Shown: positions 34,971-44,501, counted from the stretch's first letter. The stretch: DNA of 58,560 nucleotides from Candidatus Doudnabacteria bacterium (GCA_016182875.1 JACPFQ010000003.1:1-58560); one strand, 5' to 3'. The notes: generated by a model from the sequence alone, not told the origin. Numbers and translations are program-made.

Positions 34971-35885
34971 TCAGTCAATTCTCGGGGCAAAATCCTGCCC
35001 AGCGGCCAAAACCGACAAAATCAAAACCAGCATGGCCACGTATTCGAAGGCCAGCTTTTTTGTGAGATTTTTTTCCAGATGATGATGAATAATCCCCCAC
35101 AAACTGTTATAGACTCCCGTAATTACCAGTCCTCCGGTCAAATAGTTTATGCCCCAGTAAGAATGGATGATGTAGCCGGTCGCTGATGTCAAAAGCGATA
35201 TTGCCATTACCGGGACGACAACATTAGGCGAAAGCAAGCGAAGTTGAAACAAAGCCTGATAAATCAAAATAAAAGTCAAAGCGAACACAGCCAAGACGAG
35301 CAAGCTCCAGTGCATCCCAAAGTACCACGTCAGTCCCAGCGCCGCCGAAAAAATCAGGAACGCCGCATAGAGCTTGACGAGAGCCAAAACCCGAACTCCC
35401 ACTTCATGCATCTCGAGCTTCTTGCTTAGAAAATCCTTGAAATACCAATAGGCCACCGTCATGGCTAGGCTGGCTGACACGACGATCACCTGCTTCGTTG
35501 ATTCCTTGAACAGATTTAAGAAAAGCAGCGCCACGACCGCCCAATAAATAACTCCGGGCAAAATCAAAAAATTCTGCAAGTGCCGGAAATGATGCCAGTT
35601 GATTATGTACCGGAAGCGCTCCTTCATGGCAGCGGCGAACATGCCCGCCTTAATCTCGCCGCTCAAAATCGCTCCGATAATGCTTCGCTCCTTAAGATGC
35701 AAATCAAAAATAAAAGTCAGCCAGAAAACGTGGAATAGATAAATATATATAGAAAGCTCTAGGTAGGTTTTGATTTGATAAAGCCCCACAGCGAGGCTAA
35801 GCGCTTCGAAGCCTAAAAACGCGCCTACACTTACGATCAGCGTGGAAAGGAACTTTTGTTTTTGAGGTGTCATCAGCGCCTTCAT
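34971..35885 (-). CDS. Polytopic membrane protein of unknown function
   Basis: 304 aa with about 8 TM segments. No motif that I recognise. Confidence 0.7.
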   Translation of the reverse strand: MKALMTPQKQKFLSTLIVSVGAFLGFEALSLAVGLYQIKTYLELSIYIYLFHVFWLTFIFDLHLKERSIIGAILSGEIKAGMFAAAMKERFRYIINWHHFRHLQNFLILPGVIYWAVVALLFLNLFKESTKQVIVVSASLAMTVAYWYFKDFLSKKLEMHEVGVRVLALVKLYAAFLIFSAALGLTWYFGMHWSLLVLAVFALTFILIYQALFQLRLLSPNVVVPVMAISLLTSATGYIIHSYWGINYLTGGLVITGVYNSLWGIIHHHLEKNLTKKLAFEYVAMLVLILSVLAAGQDFAPRID

Positions 35886-35916
35886 GCTATATCTATGTTA
35901 AGCATAAGTATAACTT

Positions 35917-36639
35917 TTATGATTTCATAAGACCGGATTTTTTTCTTGCCAACTGCGTTGCTTTATAAAGCGTTTCAAATGTTCCGGCATCGATCCACTC
36001 GCCTTTGACTATATCGACCTTAAGCTCGCCTTTCGCTAGATACCAATTATGAAGCTCAGTTATCTCAAGCTCGCCGCGTGCGGAAGGTTTGGCCTGTTTC
36101 GCCGCTTCCACGACGCGGTTGTCATACAGATATAAACCGGTAATCGCATAATCAGACAAGTATTCTTTGGGCTTTTCTTCAATCTTTACGGCATTCATGT
36201 TTTCATCGAATTTCACCACGCCAAATCTTTCTGGATCCGGGACTTTCTTAGCGAAGATATGTCCGCCTGACCTAAAATTCCTGATCGTTTCGGACATGTC
36301 GTCCTCGAAAATATTATCGCCCAGAATCATGGCGACATTATTGCTGTCAATGAAATTCTCGCCGATAATAAAAGCGTGCGCCAGGCCCTCCGGCTTATCT
36401 TGAATCTCGTAAGCGAACCTTGCTCCATACTGCTTGCCCGAACCCAAAAGCTTCAAATAATCGCCGGCGTGGTCCGGAGCGACGATAATCAAAATGTCCT
36501 TGATGCCCGCCTTGAGCAGAATCTCAAGCGGGTACATAATCATCGGCTTGTCATACACTGGCAAAAGCTGCTTGCTCGTGACTTTCGTAAGCGGCAGTAG
36601 CCTTGTGCCATATCCGCCGGATAAAATTATGCCTTTCAT
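35917..36639 (-). CDS. rfbA: Glucose-1-phosphate thymidylyltransferase (short form)
   Basis: MKGIILSGGYGTRLLPLTKVTSKQLLPVYDKPMI. Lies in an operon with rfbD, rfbC and rfbB. Confidence 0.9.
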   Translation of the reverse strand: MKGIILSGGYGTRLLPLTKVTSKQLLPVYDKPMIMYPLEILLKAGIKDILIIVAPDHAGDYLKLLGSGKQYGARFAYEIQDKPEGLAHAFIIGENFIDSNNVAMILGDNIFEDDMSETIRNFRSGGHIFAKKVPDPERFGVVKFDENMNAVKIEEKPKEYLSDYAITGLYLYDNRVVEAAKQAKPSARGELEITELHNWYLAKGELKVDIVKGEWIDAGTFETLYKATQLARKKSGLMKS

Positions 36640-37463
36640 GTTTCTAAATATTCCTTCAAAGCCTCAGCCCACGGTCGAAGTTCGATGAACTTCGTGTTGT
36701 TCAGAATGCCGTATTTGGGCCGGGCGGCTTTTCTTTTACCCGCAAATTTTTGAGCTTCAACAGCCGAAACATTAACCTCGATGTTCTTTATGGCAAAAAT
36801 TTCCTTGGCCCAGTCATACCACGAAGTAAAACCGGCATTGGTCAGGTGATAAATGCCGAACGGCTTGTCTATCTTGACCAAAGCGGCAACCGCTTCGGCC
36901 AAATCCTTGGTGTAAGTCGGACTGGCGAATTCGTCTTCGATCGCTTCGATTGGCTGTCCTTTTTGACCAAGCGTCAGCATAACTTCTACAAAACTTTTTT
37001 TCATCCCGGGTTTGCCGTAAAGCCAAGCGGTGCGAATCAAATAAAATTTATCCGTGTTTTTCTGAAGTTCTATTTCCCCCAAAAGCTTGGATTTGCCGTA
37101 AGCCGAACGCGGATTTGGGATATCATCCTCATTGTACCCCTCCTGTTTGCCGCCGTCGAATACGTAGTTGGTGCTGAAATGCACCAAGGGAATGCCTAAA
37201 CCGTTGCAAGCCTTGGCAACAAAACCGACTGCGTAGCCATTGATATTTTCCGCTGCCGAGCGATTTTCCTCGGCTCCGTCGACGTCATTATACGCCGCGC
37301 AATTAATCACCATTTCCGGCTTGGCTTCGGCTATCTTCGCAGTGATGCCGGCTTCATCCGTAATGTCGACCTGTTCACGATCCCAACCCAAAGCGCTATT
37401 GCCATAAAGCTCAAGAAACTCCTGCCCCAAACTTCCCTTGCTTCCGAGAATCAAGGCTTTCAT
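36636..37463 (-). CDS. rfbD: dTDP-4-dehydrorhamnose reductase
   Basis: 275 aa. MKALILGSKGSLG Rossmann motif, YGKSKLLGE catalytic YxxxK. ATGA overlaps on both sides. Confidence 0.9.
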   Translation of the reverse strand: MKALILGSKGSLGQEFLELYGNSALGWDREQVDITDEAGITAKIAEAKPEMVINCAAYNDVDGAEENRSAAENINGYAVGFVAKACNGLGIPLVHFSTNYVFDGGKQEGYNEDDIPNPRSAYGKSKLLGEIELQKNTDKFYLIRTAWLYGKPGMKKSFVEVMLTLGQKGQPIEAIEDEFASPTYTKDLAEAVAALVKIDKPFGIYHLTNAGFTSWYDWAKEIFAIKNIEVNVSAVEAQKFAGKRKAARPKYGILNNTKFIELRPWAEALKEYLET

Positions 37464-38008
37464 GGCTTTAAATCTTTCAGCATTGGATTGCTGCGGTCTT
37501 TGTCGGAAATTATTGCCTTATCCAAAGAAACCGGCCATTTTATAGCCAAGTCAGGATCCGCGACATTTATAGAGCGATATTTAGAATCAGACGACCAGTG
37601 CTTGTTAACCAAATAAGAATAATACGTATCCGGCTCTAGAGTCTGATAAGAATTGGCCACGTCTTCAGGTAAAAACACCGCCTTAGTCGGGGTAATTTCA
37701 ACTGTCACGATAGTGCCAAATCTTTCTCCTTTACGTAAATCGACAAACGCGGCAAAAACCCTGCCTTTAATCACGGAAATATACTTGTCCCATGGTTCGG
37801 CGTGAATACCACGAATAACTCCCACATCTCTGTTGTAAGAAATATTTTGCTGTACGGGATTGAATGACTCCGGGAATCCTGCTGCGACGAGTTTTTCTTT
37901 TTGAAACTTTTCCTGAAAGTACCCTCTTTCATCTTCGATCAAGGAGATGTCAATCTCAAGCAATCCAGAAATTGCAGTCTCTTTAATTTTAAACTCTGTA
38001 GTCGGCAC
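37460..38008 (-). CDS. rfbC: dTDP-4-dehydrorhamnose 3,5-epimerase
   Basis: 182 aa with a GTG start. RGYFQE, GVIRGIH and KAVFLPEDVANSYQTL cupin motifs. Confidence 0.9.
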   Translation of the reverse strand: MPTTEFKIKETAISGLLEIDISLIEDERGYFQEKFQKEKLVAAGFPESFNPVQQNISYNRDVGVIRGIHAEPWDKYISVIKGRVFAAFVDLRKGERFGTIVTVEITPTKAVFLPEDVANSYQTLEPDTYYSYLVNKHWSSDSKYRSINVADPDLAIKWPVSLDKAIISDKDRSNPMLKDLKP

Positions 38009-38028
38009 TTTAATACGATAATGTATTT
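38007..38028. repeat. 22-bp direct repeat ACTTTAATACGATAATGTATTT (copy 1)
   Basis: Identical to 38408-38429, exactly 401 bp away. Overlaps the rfbC GTG start and the YerC-like stop codon. Confidence 0.85.
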
Positions 38029-38407
38029 AATTCCATGCTTTTAGCGCTGCCACCCTACTACTAAGAACACGCTTAACTGTTTTCGATTTCTTTTTTTGAT
38101 CGGACAATCTTTCGACAACTATTTTATAACCCTGACCAAATGTTTCTTTCCAATTTTGAATCTTAGCTATGGTCGTATCGCTGATATTCAAAGCGTTTCT
38201 GATTTGTTCATACGTCAGACCCTGCTCAAGCATAGTCACAACCTGTAAGCGTTTTGCCAGCATTTGAATTTCTGTATGGGTCAAGATGTCATGCAGAAAA
38301 GCGTGCACCTCCTCTTTATTCTTTAGGGTAGCAAAAGCCCTCCATAGCTGTTCGATCATTAAACCCATTTTGTCGCCGGCAAGCTTTTTTCTTGATAACT
38401 TAGTCAT
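38027..38407 (-). CDS. TrpR-like YerC/YecD family DNA-binding protein inserted in the rfb operon
   Basis: 126 aa. LTHTEIQMLAKRLQVVTMLEQGLTYEQIRNALNISDTTIAKIQNW. Paralog of 11547..12038; both start with MTKLSR. Confidence 0.7.
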   Translation of the reverse strand: MTKLSRKKLAGDKMGLMIEQLWRAFATLKNKEEVHAFLHDILTHTEIQMLAKRLQVVTMLEQGLTYEQIRNALNISDTTIAKIQNWKETFGQGYKIVVERLSDQKKKSKTVKRVLSSRVAALKAWN

Positions 38408-38429
38408 ACTTTAATACGATAATGTATTT
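38408..38429. repeat. 22-bp direct repeat ACTTTAATACGATAATGTATTT (copy 2)
   Basis: Lies immediately 5' of the YerC-like ATG and 3' of the rfbB stop codon. Confidence 0.85.
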
Positions 38430-39449
38430 TTATTTTAGCACATCATATTGCTTTTGATAATAATTCTTATATTCTTGCGAGTCTTTTATCTTTTTCCACC
38501 ATTCTTGGTTGTTCTTATACCATTCTACGGTTAACCGGACAGTCTCATCCAAACTATATTTTGGCTTCCAGTCAAGTTCTCTTTTAATTTTATTGTTGTC
38601 CAAGGCGTATTTCTCATCATGTCCGGGACGGTCGGCAACAAATTCAATTCTGTCCTCAGGCAGATTCATCAGCTTTAAGATTTTTTTAATTACTTCCAGA
38701 TTACTTACGGGCTCGTTGTCGGGCGAAACGAAGTAAGTTTCGCCGGGCTTGCCTTTTTGCAGAATCAAGTCAATCGCAGAGCAATGGTCCTCGACGTAGA
38801 GCCATTCGCGGACATGCTGGCCCTGGCCGTAAACAGGGATTTTTTTTCCTTCCAGTAAATTCGTAATCGCGAGCGGAAATAATTTTTCCGGATACATATA
38901 TGGTCCGATATTGTTGGCACAATTCGTAATTGTTGCCGACAGGCTGTAAGTATGAAAATAGGCCCGGACGAGATGGTCAGATGCCGCCTTGCTTGCGGAG
39001 TAAGGGCTCCTGGGATTATACGGCGACTGTTCCGTCCATTTTTCGTCTGAGTTCAATGCGATGGAGCCGTAAACTTCGTCAGTCGAGACATGATGGTAGC
39101 GCTTGACCTTGTGTCTCAACGCCGCGTCTAGCAAAACTTGCGTACCCAAGACATTGGTCCGGACAAAAGCCGCGGGTTCGTGGATTGAACGGTCGACATG
39201 GCTTTCGGCGGCAAAATTAACGACGACGTCCGCACCATTCATGGCTTCATTGACGACTTTCGGCTCCGCAATGTCGCCTTTGATAAAGGTATAACGAAGA
39301 TCACCTTCGTAAGCTTTCAAATTTTCTAGATTGCCGGCATAGGTCAGCTTGTCCAAATTGACAATTTCGGCGTCCGGATGATGCTCAACCAGATAGTGAA
39401 TGAAATTGGAGCCGATGAATCCCGCTCCGCCGGTAATGAGATACTTCAT
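38430..39449 (-). CDS. rfbB: dTDP-glucose 4,6-dehydratase
   Basis: 339 aa. MKYLITGGAGFIGSNF, HVSTDEVYG, YSASKAASDHL. Confidence 0.95.
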   Translation of the reverse strand: MKYLITGGAGFIGSNFIHYLVEHHPDAEIVNLDKLTYAGNLENLKAYEGDLRYTFIKGDIAEPKVVNEAMNGADVVVNFAAESHVDRSIHEPAAFVRTNVLGTQVLLDAALRHKVKRYHHVSTDEVYGSIALNSDEKWTEQSPYNPRSPYSASKAASDHLVRAYFHTYSLSATITNCANNIGPYMYPEKLFPLAITNLLEGKKIPVYGQGQHVREWLYVEDHCSAIDLILQKGKPGETYFVSPDNEPVSNLEVIKKILKLMNLPEDRIEFVADRPGHDEKYALDNNKIKRELDWKPKYSLDETVRLTVEWYKNNQEWWKKIKDSQEYKNYYQKQYDVLK

Positions 39450-39859
39450 GCCAGCAGCTTTTTTATTTCTTCCGCAAGCTCTTGGCGGTTTTTCGGTTCA
39501 GAATCGCCGTGCGGCCAGGGCATTAAATTATCATTGCTGAACCGCGGAATCAGGTGAAAGTGCAGATGAAAAACCACCTGGCCGGCCGCAGCGCCATGAT
39601 TGGTGCTGATGTTCATGCCGTGGGCCCCGACTGCCTTCATCACCGCCGCTCCGATTTTTTTGATTTCCGGAATCAAAGCCTCAAGCACGTCATCTTCGGT
39701 CGAGAGAAAGTCATTAGAGTGCTTTTTGGGAACGACCAAAGTGTGGCCCTTGGAAACGGGACGAATGTCCAAGAAGGCCACGACCGAGTCGTCTTCATAG
39801 ACTATCTCGGCCGGTATTTCTTTGTTTACTATTTTGCAGAAAATGCATTGCTCGGACAT
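39446..39859 (-). CDS. HIT-family nucleotide hydrolase/transferase
   Basis: Start at MSEQCIFCKI (39859). Histidine triad VFHLHFHLIP. Confidence 0.85.
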   Translation of the reverse strand: MSEQCIFCKIVNKEIPAEIVYEDDSVVAFLDIRPVSKGHTLVVPKKHSNDFLSTEDDVLEALIPEIKKIGAAVMKAVGAHGMNISTNHGAAAGQVVFHLHFHLIPRFSNDNLMPWPHGDSEPKNRQELAEEIKKLLA

Positions 39860-39872
39860 ATGCTTTGTTGTG

Positions 39873-40925
39873 TTATTTGGTTGCCTCAAGATTAATTACA
39901 AACTCCAATTCTTGCTTCCCGCGCAACAGCTTAACTTTCATCTCCCCTATCGGATGCCTGTTCAAAATCTGCTCAAAACTTCCCACCTCCTGTCCATCAA
40001 TTTGGTAGATCAAGTCATTCGCAATAATGCCCGCCGCATGGGCCGCTGAATTTTTTTCAACCCCGACTATTAGGGCGCCCGTCCTGTCCAACCCCCGAAG
40101 TCTTGCGCCCATCGCAGAAAGCTGGATATATGTTGCTCCAAGGCGAGGCCGCGCGATTTTGCCGCTGGCCAGATAAGAAGACAGGGCAGTTTGAATATTT
40201 TCGGAAATAATAATCCTTCCGGAAGTATCAACCATTCCAATTAACCTTCCCTCCAGATTAATCAGGGGGCTTCCCAGGAAACCGCGATTCAAGCCTGCCT
40301 CGATAACAAAGCTTTCGCTTAAAATTTCCGACGAAAAGACCTCAAAAAAACCTTTGTTGTCTGAAACACTTCTGACTATGAACCCGCTCAAAAAGTCCCG
40401 GCCGAACTCTTTGTTCAATTGTCCCACAGTCAGGACCTTTTGGCCAGACAGCATTTTGTGGGCTTCGGCAAACGGGAGCACCGAGGGCGTTTTGGCTTCG
40501 ATGGTCAGTACTGCCAAATTGCTTTTCGGATCAAACGCCCGCACCAATCCGGTAAAGCTGCTGCCGTCATTTAACACTGCCAAAACCTCATTAAAACTTC
40601 CCACTGCCGACTTTGATGTGAAGATTAAGCCGTCGGACGAGAGTATTATGCCGTTGCCCAGGAAAGATAAATTCGATTTCTGGTACAAAGAAACAGTGGC
40701 GCTTGACGCTTGTTTGGCCAGTTCGATGAAGTTGGCTCCTTCATTGAGAACGATTTCTTCGCGTCTGGTGATGATGATTGGCGCGTTGTTGACGTACCTC
40801 TGAAGCCACCCGAAGCCTTTCACGGTTGAAAGCCTCGGAACCAGGCCTCGGTCAAAAACAATGCCTCCCAAAGCTCCGGCCAAGATTGCTGCGGCCAAAA
40901 AATAAATCAACTGCTTACGCTTCAT
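39873..40925 (-). CDS. HtrA/DegP-like protein with PDZ domain and a substituted catalytic triad (likely pseudoprotease)
   Basis: 350 aa. Compared by eye with E. coli DegP, TNNHVV becomes TSKSAV (His to Ser), SDIALIQI becomes SNLAVLTI (Asp to Asn), and GNSGGAL becomes GFLGSPL (Ser to Leu). The PDZ domain is intact (GALIVGVEKNSAAHAAGI). Confidence 0.75.
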   Translation of the reverse strand: MKRKQLIYFLAAAILAGALGGIVFDRGLVPRLSTVKGFGWLQRYVNNAPIIITRREEIVLNEGANFIELAKQASSATVSLYQKSNLSFLGNGIILSSDGLIFTSKSAVGSFNEVLAVLNDGSSFTGLVRAFDPKSNLAVLTIEAKTPSVLPFAEAHKMLSGQKVLTVGQLNKEFGRDFLSGFIVRSVSDNKGFFEVFSSEILSESFVIEAGLNRGFLGSPLINLEGRLIGMVDTSGRIIISENIQTALSSYLASGKIARPRLGATYIQLSAMGARLRGLDRTGALIVGVEKNSAAHAAGIIANDLIYQIDGQEVGSFEQILNRHPIGEMKVKLLRGKQELEFVINLEATK

Positions 40926-41200
40926 AAATAACCTTCTTTTCTAAGCAGTTTTATTTTGCTTTTAAGTCCGCCCTGCGCTGAATAGCCTCCCAAGCCATTG
41001 CTTGCCACGACCCTATGGCAGGGAATGAACGGCGCATCCATGTTTTTAGATAAGGCTTGTCCTACGGCCCGAGCAGCACGCGGTTTGCCTATCCTTCGCG
41101 CCACCTCGGCATAAGTCAAAACGCGCCCTTTGGGAATCTTGAGAATAGTTTTGAAGACGCGGGTTTGGAAGTCAGTATATTTGGACCAATTTATTTTCAT
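40922..41200 (-). CDS. ogt: Methylated-DNA--protein-cysteine methyltransferase, single (C-terminal) domain
   Basis: 92 aa from MKINWSKY. Active site IPCHRVV and the HTH TYAEVARRIGKPRAARAVGQAL. Confidence 0.8.
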   Translation of the reverse strand: MKINWSKYTDFQTRVFKTILKIPKGRVLTYAEVARRIGKPRAARAVGQALSKNMDAPFIPCHRVVASNGLGGYSAQGGLKSKIKLLRKEGYL

Positions 41201-41204
41201 ATAT

Positions 41205-41918
41205 CTACTCAAATAACGGCATCCAGGAAGCGGTGGCGAGAACGGCTGCCAAAACAAGAGTAACCAGCATCGACTGCCAATAAATTTTTTTGCTGGTCAA
41301 TTTGCCAAAAAAAGCCGCCAAGGCAAACGCCCAGAGCAGATAGAATATGAGAAATAAAACTATGGCATTGACCAAAAAATGGGTTGGCCAAAGCATAAGG
41401 CCTACGGCCGACTCGGCAATCACTACTGTTATAAGAAGGAAGAAATATTTTTTTGAAGGGAGAGTGATTCCGGCGAACCCCTGCAGAGTGAGCCCAACAG
41501 TGAACGCGGTAATCAGGGCGATCTCCCACCAGAAACTGAAATTTACGAAGTAAAAAGCTGAAGCAAATAATCCCAAATAAATCAGAAAAACCGTGAGCAA
41601 AAATATATTTTGCAGGTAGTGGCTTTCCTTGCCCAGCGTCCGCTCCAGATAAAAAAAACTGATGCCGGCCAAAATAAGGAAAATCAATCCTGGCTTCTGG
41701 CTTGGAATAACGGCATAAGTCCCGGCCGCCCCGACCAGAAAAAAAATTGGCAGCAATAAATGAGACCAATAAAATCCCAACCGCTTGTAGTTGATAAAGG
41801 TCGCAACTGCCGCCAGGACAACTATTGATGCTCCCATTAATGGCAAGTTGCCGCTGCTTCCCAATAATGCAACTACCAATAATATCGATAGAATTACAGG
41901 AGAAATTTTATGCAACAT
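41205..41918 (-). CDS. Polytopic membrane protein of unknown function
   Basis: 237 aa with about 7 TM segments. Confidence 0.65.
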   Translation of the reverse strand: MLHKISPVILSILLVVALLGSSGNLPLMGASIVVLAAVATFINYKRLGFYWSHLLLPIFFLVGAAGTYAVIPSQKPGLIFLILAGISFFYLERTLGKESHYLQNIFLLTVFLIYLGLFASAFYFVNFSFWWEIALITAFTVGLTLQGFAGITLPSKKYFFLLITVVIAESAVGLMLWPTHFLVNAIVLFLIFYLLWAFALAAFFGKLTSKKIYWQSMLVTLVLAAVLATASWMPLFE

Positions 41919-41945
41919 AGAGACTATAGGATACCAATACCGCGA

Positions 41946-42782
41946 TTACTTTTCAACCGCTCGATTTATCCTAAAGAGCATCACCGAAGCAAAGACAATT
42001 ACCATAAAAGCCACGACCTGGTCAGCTCGAAAACCTTGAATGAACACGCTGTCGACTCTGAGCGGTTCGATAAAAAACCTGCTCAAGGAATACAAAATCA
42101 AATACAAGAGACCCAATGACCCGTTTTTAAGCCTTCCAGCCAGCTTGTTTAGCAGGAAAAAAATCAAAATGCTCGCTATCGCCTCATAAAGAAAAACTGG
42201 ATGATGATACTGTTTGGTGCTGCTTACATGCATCCTCCAAGGCAAATCGGTTGCATAGCCATAGGCCTCCTGATTGAAAAAATTTCCGAATCGGCCGAGG
42301 GCCTGGCCCAACGGCAGCGCAAGCGCCACCAAATCGAGGAGTTGAAGCTTACTGTACGCTTTTTTGCGGCTGAAAAACCAGATGAACGCAACTCCTCCCA
42401 ACAGTGCCCCGAATATCGACAATCCGCCATGCCATATTTTATAAATTTCCGAAGGATGCTTGGCAAAGAACGGCCAATCGAAAATGACGTAATAGATTCT
42501 GGCCGAAATCAATCCGACCAAAATCAGCCAGAACGCCAGCTCGTCCACCTCAGATTTGTCTATTCCGAAGCGCCAGGAATTTCTTCTGGCCACAAGATAT
42601 GCCAGAAGAATTGCCAGAGCCAAAATCAGGCCGTACCAACGAATCGAAATTACGCCGAGATTGATAACGGGATTGGGGGTAATATTCCCCCTGAACGCCG
42701 GAATGAAGAACAAAAAAATCGCCCCGAGAGCGAGATTGGCTAGAATTAGAACAAGGACAATTTTGAATTTTGAATTATGCAT
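41946..42782 (-). CDS. lgt: Prolipoprotein diacylglyceryl transferase
   Basis: 278 aa. IRWYGLILA, GGLSIFGALLGG, GRFGNFFNQEAYG. Confidence 0.9.
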   Translation of the reverse strand: MHNSKFKIVLVLILANLALGAIFLFFIPAFRGNITPNPVINLGVISIRWYGLILALAILLAYLVARRNSWRFGIDKSEVDELAFWLILVGLISARIYYVIFDWPFFAKHPSEIYKIWHGGLSIFGALLGGVAFIWFFSRKKAYSKLQLLDLVALALPLGQALGRFGNFFNQEAYGYATDLPWRMHVSSTKQYHHPVFLYEAIASILIFFLLNKLAGRLKNGSLGLLYLILYSLSRFFIEPLRVDSVFIQGFRADQVVAFMVIVFASVMLFRINRAVEK

Positions 42783-42802
42783 ATTGCTTAACTATCAGGG
42801 TT

Positions 42803-42930
42803 TAAGCGTTAGGCCGCAGCTACCCCCTCTTGGAACAAGAGGGGGTAGGGGGAGTTAGAACACAAGCGTTCTTACCATCTAACCCCCTCTTACTCCCCCT
42901 TGTTCCAAGGGGGAGTATCCGAACGCTTAT
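42803..42930. repeat. Roughly 125-bp MITE-like composite palindromic element (copy A, reverse orientation)
   Basis: Its reverse complement aligns by eye with 48355-48470 along the full length except a central stretch of about 19 nt. Contains CCCCCTCTTGGAACAAGAGGGGG and CTCCCCCTTGTTCCAAGGGGGAG hairpins. Confidence 0.8.
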
Positions 42931-42947
42931 CATAAAACACTTGAAAA

Positions 42948-43529
42948 TTAAAACAGCGCTGCTTGCCTGGTGAGCGGCTTTCTGACTTCCGGTTCGGGGA
43001 AGGAAATTTTGATTTCCTTGATCTCGAAGTAATCCTTAAACAAAAGTTTGCCGTACCTGCCTACATAGTCATAAAGTTCTTTGGTGATTTTGACGTCATC
43101 GGTGCAGTATTTTTTCAACTCCTCGATCCGGCCGGCCTTATACAGCTTCAAAGCTTCCAAGCCGTCGCCGCTCTTGCCCATGCCCAAGGTAGTTTGGGCC
43201 AAATTGTCCAGTTTGACCCGGTGGCCGATTAATTTCTCCGCCTCCGCCAATATATCCAGGGTCGGGATATCCTTGAGCGAAAAACTTATATACGGCTGCA
43301 GCACCGGGAAGTCAAAGTTAATGATGTTGAAGCCGATAACCTGGTCGGCTTCCGAAATCATTTCGCCGGCCCGGTAAAGCTGGTTTTCGTCGAAGCAGAA
43401 AAATTTATCCTGGGCGTAAGAGTATATCCCGCAAACCGAAACCTTGAGCAAGTGGTTGCGGTCCCGCCCGCCAACTTCGTCAAATGATTTTTGGGTTTCT
43501 AAATCGAGAACGATTTTATTTACTGCCAT
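42948..43529 (-). CDS. DEDD-type 3'-5' exonuclease (RNase H-like fold, PolB-exo/YprB-like)
   Basis: 193 aa. Exo I LDLET, Exo II GFNIINFD, Exo III YCTDDVKITKELY. Confidence 0.7.
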   Translation of the reverse strand: MAVNKIVLDLETQKSFDEVGGRDRNHLLKVSVCGIYSYAQDKFFCFDENQLYRAGEMISEADQVIGFNIINFDFPVLQPYISFSLKDIPTLDILAEAEKLIGHRVKLDNLAQTTLGMGKSGDGLEALKLYKAGRIEELKKYCTDDVKITKELYDYVGRYGKLLFKDYFEIKEIKISFPEPEVRKPLTRQAALF

Positions 43530-43571
43530 TTAGATTTCTTAAAATACCAATCAATTATAACATAGGTGATT

Positions 43572-43612
43572 TAAAAAATAAAAAAGACCTAGAAAACTTA
43601 ATCTCTAGGTCT
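43572..43612 (-). terminator. Rho-independent terminator
   Basis: Minus strand AGACCTAGA-GATTAAGTTT-TCTAGGTCT followed by TTTTTATTTTTT. Confidence 0.55.
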
Positions 43613-43778
43613 GCTCCTCCAGACCGTCTCCTGTAACTGCTAAAAACAATTATACATTAAAAAAGAGCTGACACTACCGGGTATCAGCCCAGCTTTCGCT
43701 CGGGGACAACAAACCCCAAGCATAATAGCGCAATCCAGACCCGTGAGATAATCCGCACGACATTGGCTTCCGGCAGGC

Positions 43779-44501
43779 CTAACTAGCTGACCTTGCCATT
43801 GCTTGCTTCAGCCTCCTGGCGGCACAGGCGTGGAGCTGAGAGACTCGCGATTCGTTAACCCCGATTGCGGCGCCTATCTGCCTCATGGTCTGCTCGCCGA
43901 AGTAGTAGAGAACAATCACCTTCTGCTCACGTGGTGGGAGCGTGGCGATGGCTCTACGGACCAGCTGGCGTACTTCCTGCCTTTCCAAAGCTTTATCAGG
44001 CTGCTCAGGCTCAGGCGGGACCAAGGACGAAGGCAACAGTGAAGAATCTACACCGTCGCTGTTTGTCAGAGGCGAGGTCGACTCGATAATGTTGATCCGG
44101 ATGATCCTTTTCTCGAGGCGGCGCTCGCTCGTCTGGAGACGTCTGGCTAGATCGGCCAGGGATGGTTCTTCGCCCAGCTCGCGCCTGAGTTCTTCACATG
44201 CCGCTTCCAGCTCACGACGCTGCCGGCGCACTCCTCGCGGCCAGGCGTCTTTGCGCAAGGCGTCAATCATGGCTCCGCGAATCCGGCGCTCGGCAAAAGT
44301 CTGAAACTTGATTCCCCGTCGCTTGTCGAATCGGCGTGCTGCGTCAATCAACCCCAGCACTCCGTCTTGAACCAGGTCGTTCACTTCAACCGAATACGGC
44401 ATGGTTGCAGCCACCCGACGAGCGAGCTGCTCCACGAACGGAATACATTCCAACACTCTTGCTTCCTGTTCCTCAGGAAGCAACATGGTCCGTGCGCTCA
44501 T
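43779..44501 (-). CDS. FliA/WhiG-type (group 3) sigma-70 family sigma factor (GC-rich island 5)
   Basis: 240 aa from MSARTM. AGGAGG lies 6 nt upstream. Region 2 DLVQDGVLGLIDAARRFD and TFAERRIRGAMIDALR. Region 4 LPPREQKVIVLYYFGEQTMRQIGAAIGVNESRVSQL. Confidence 0.85.
   Translation of the reverse strand: MSARTMLLPEEQEARVLECIPFVEQLARRVAATMPYSVEVNDLVQDGVLGLIDAARRFDKRRGIKFQTFAERRIRGAMIDALRKDAWPRGVRRQRRELEAACEELRRELGEEPSLADLARRLQTSERRLEKRIIRINIIESTSPLTNSDGVDSSLLPSSLVPPEPEQPDKALERQEVRQLVRRAIATLPPREQKVIVLYYFGEQTMRQIGAAIGVNESRVSQLHACAARRLKQAMARSAS

Noticed and set aside
41209-41769. 186-aa ORF on the same strand as, and overlapping, the 237-aa membrane protein gene.
   Set aside because: It is in an alternative frame of a gene whose main frame gives a coherent multi-TM protein. 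The alternative product is Arg/Gly-rich and lacks start context.
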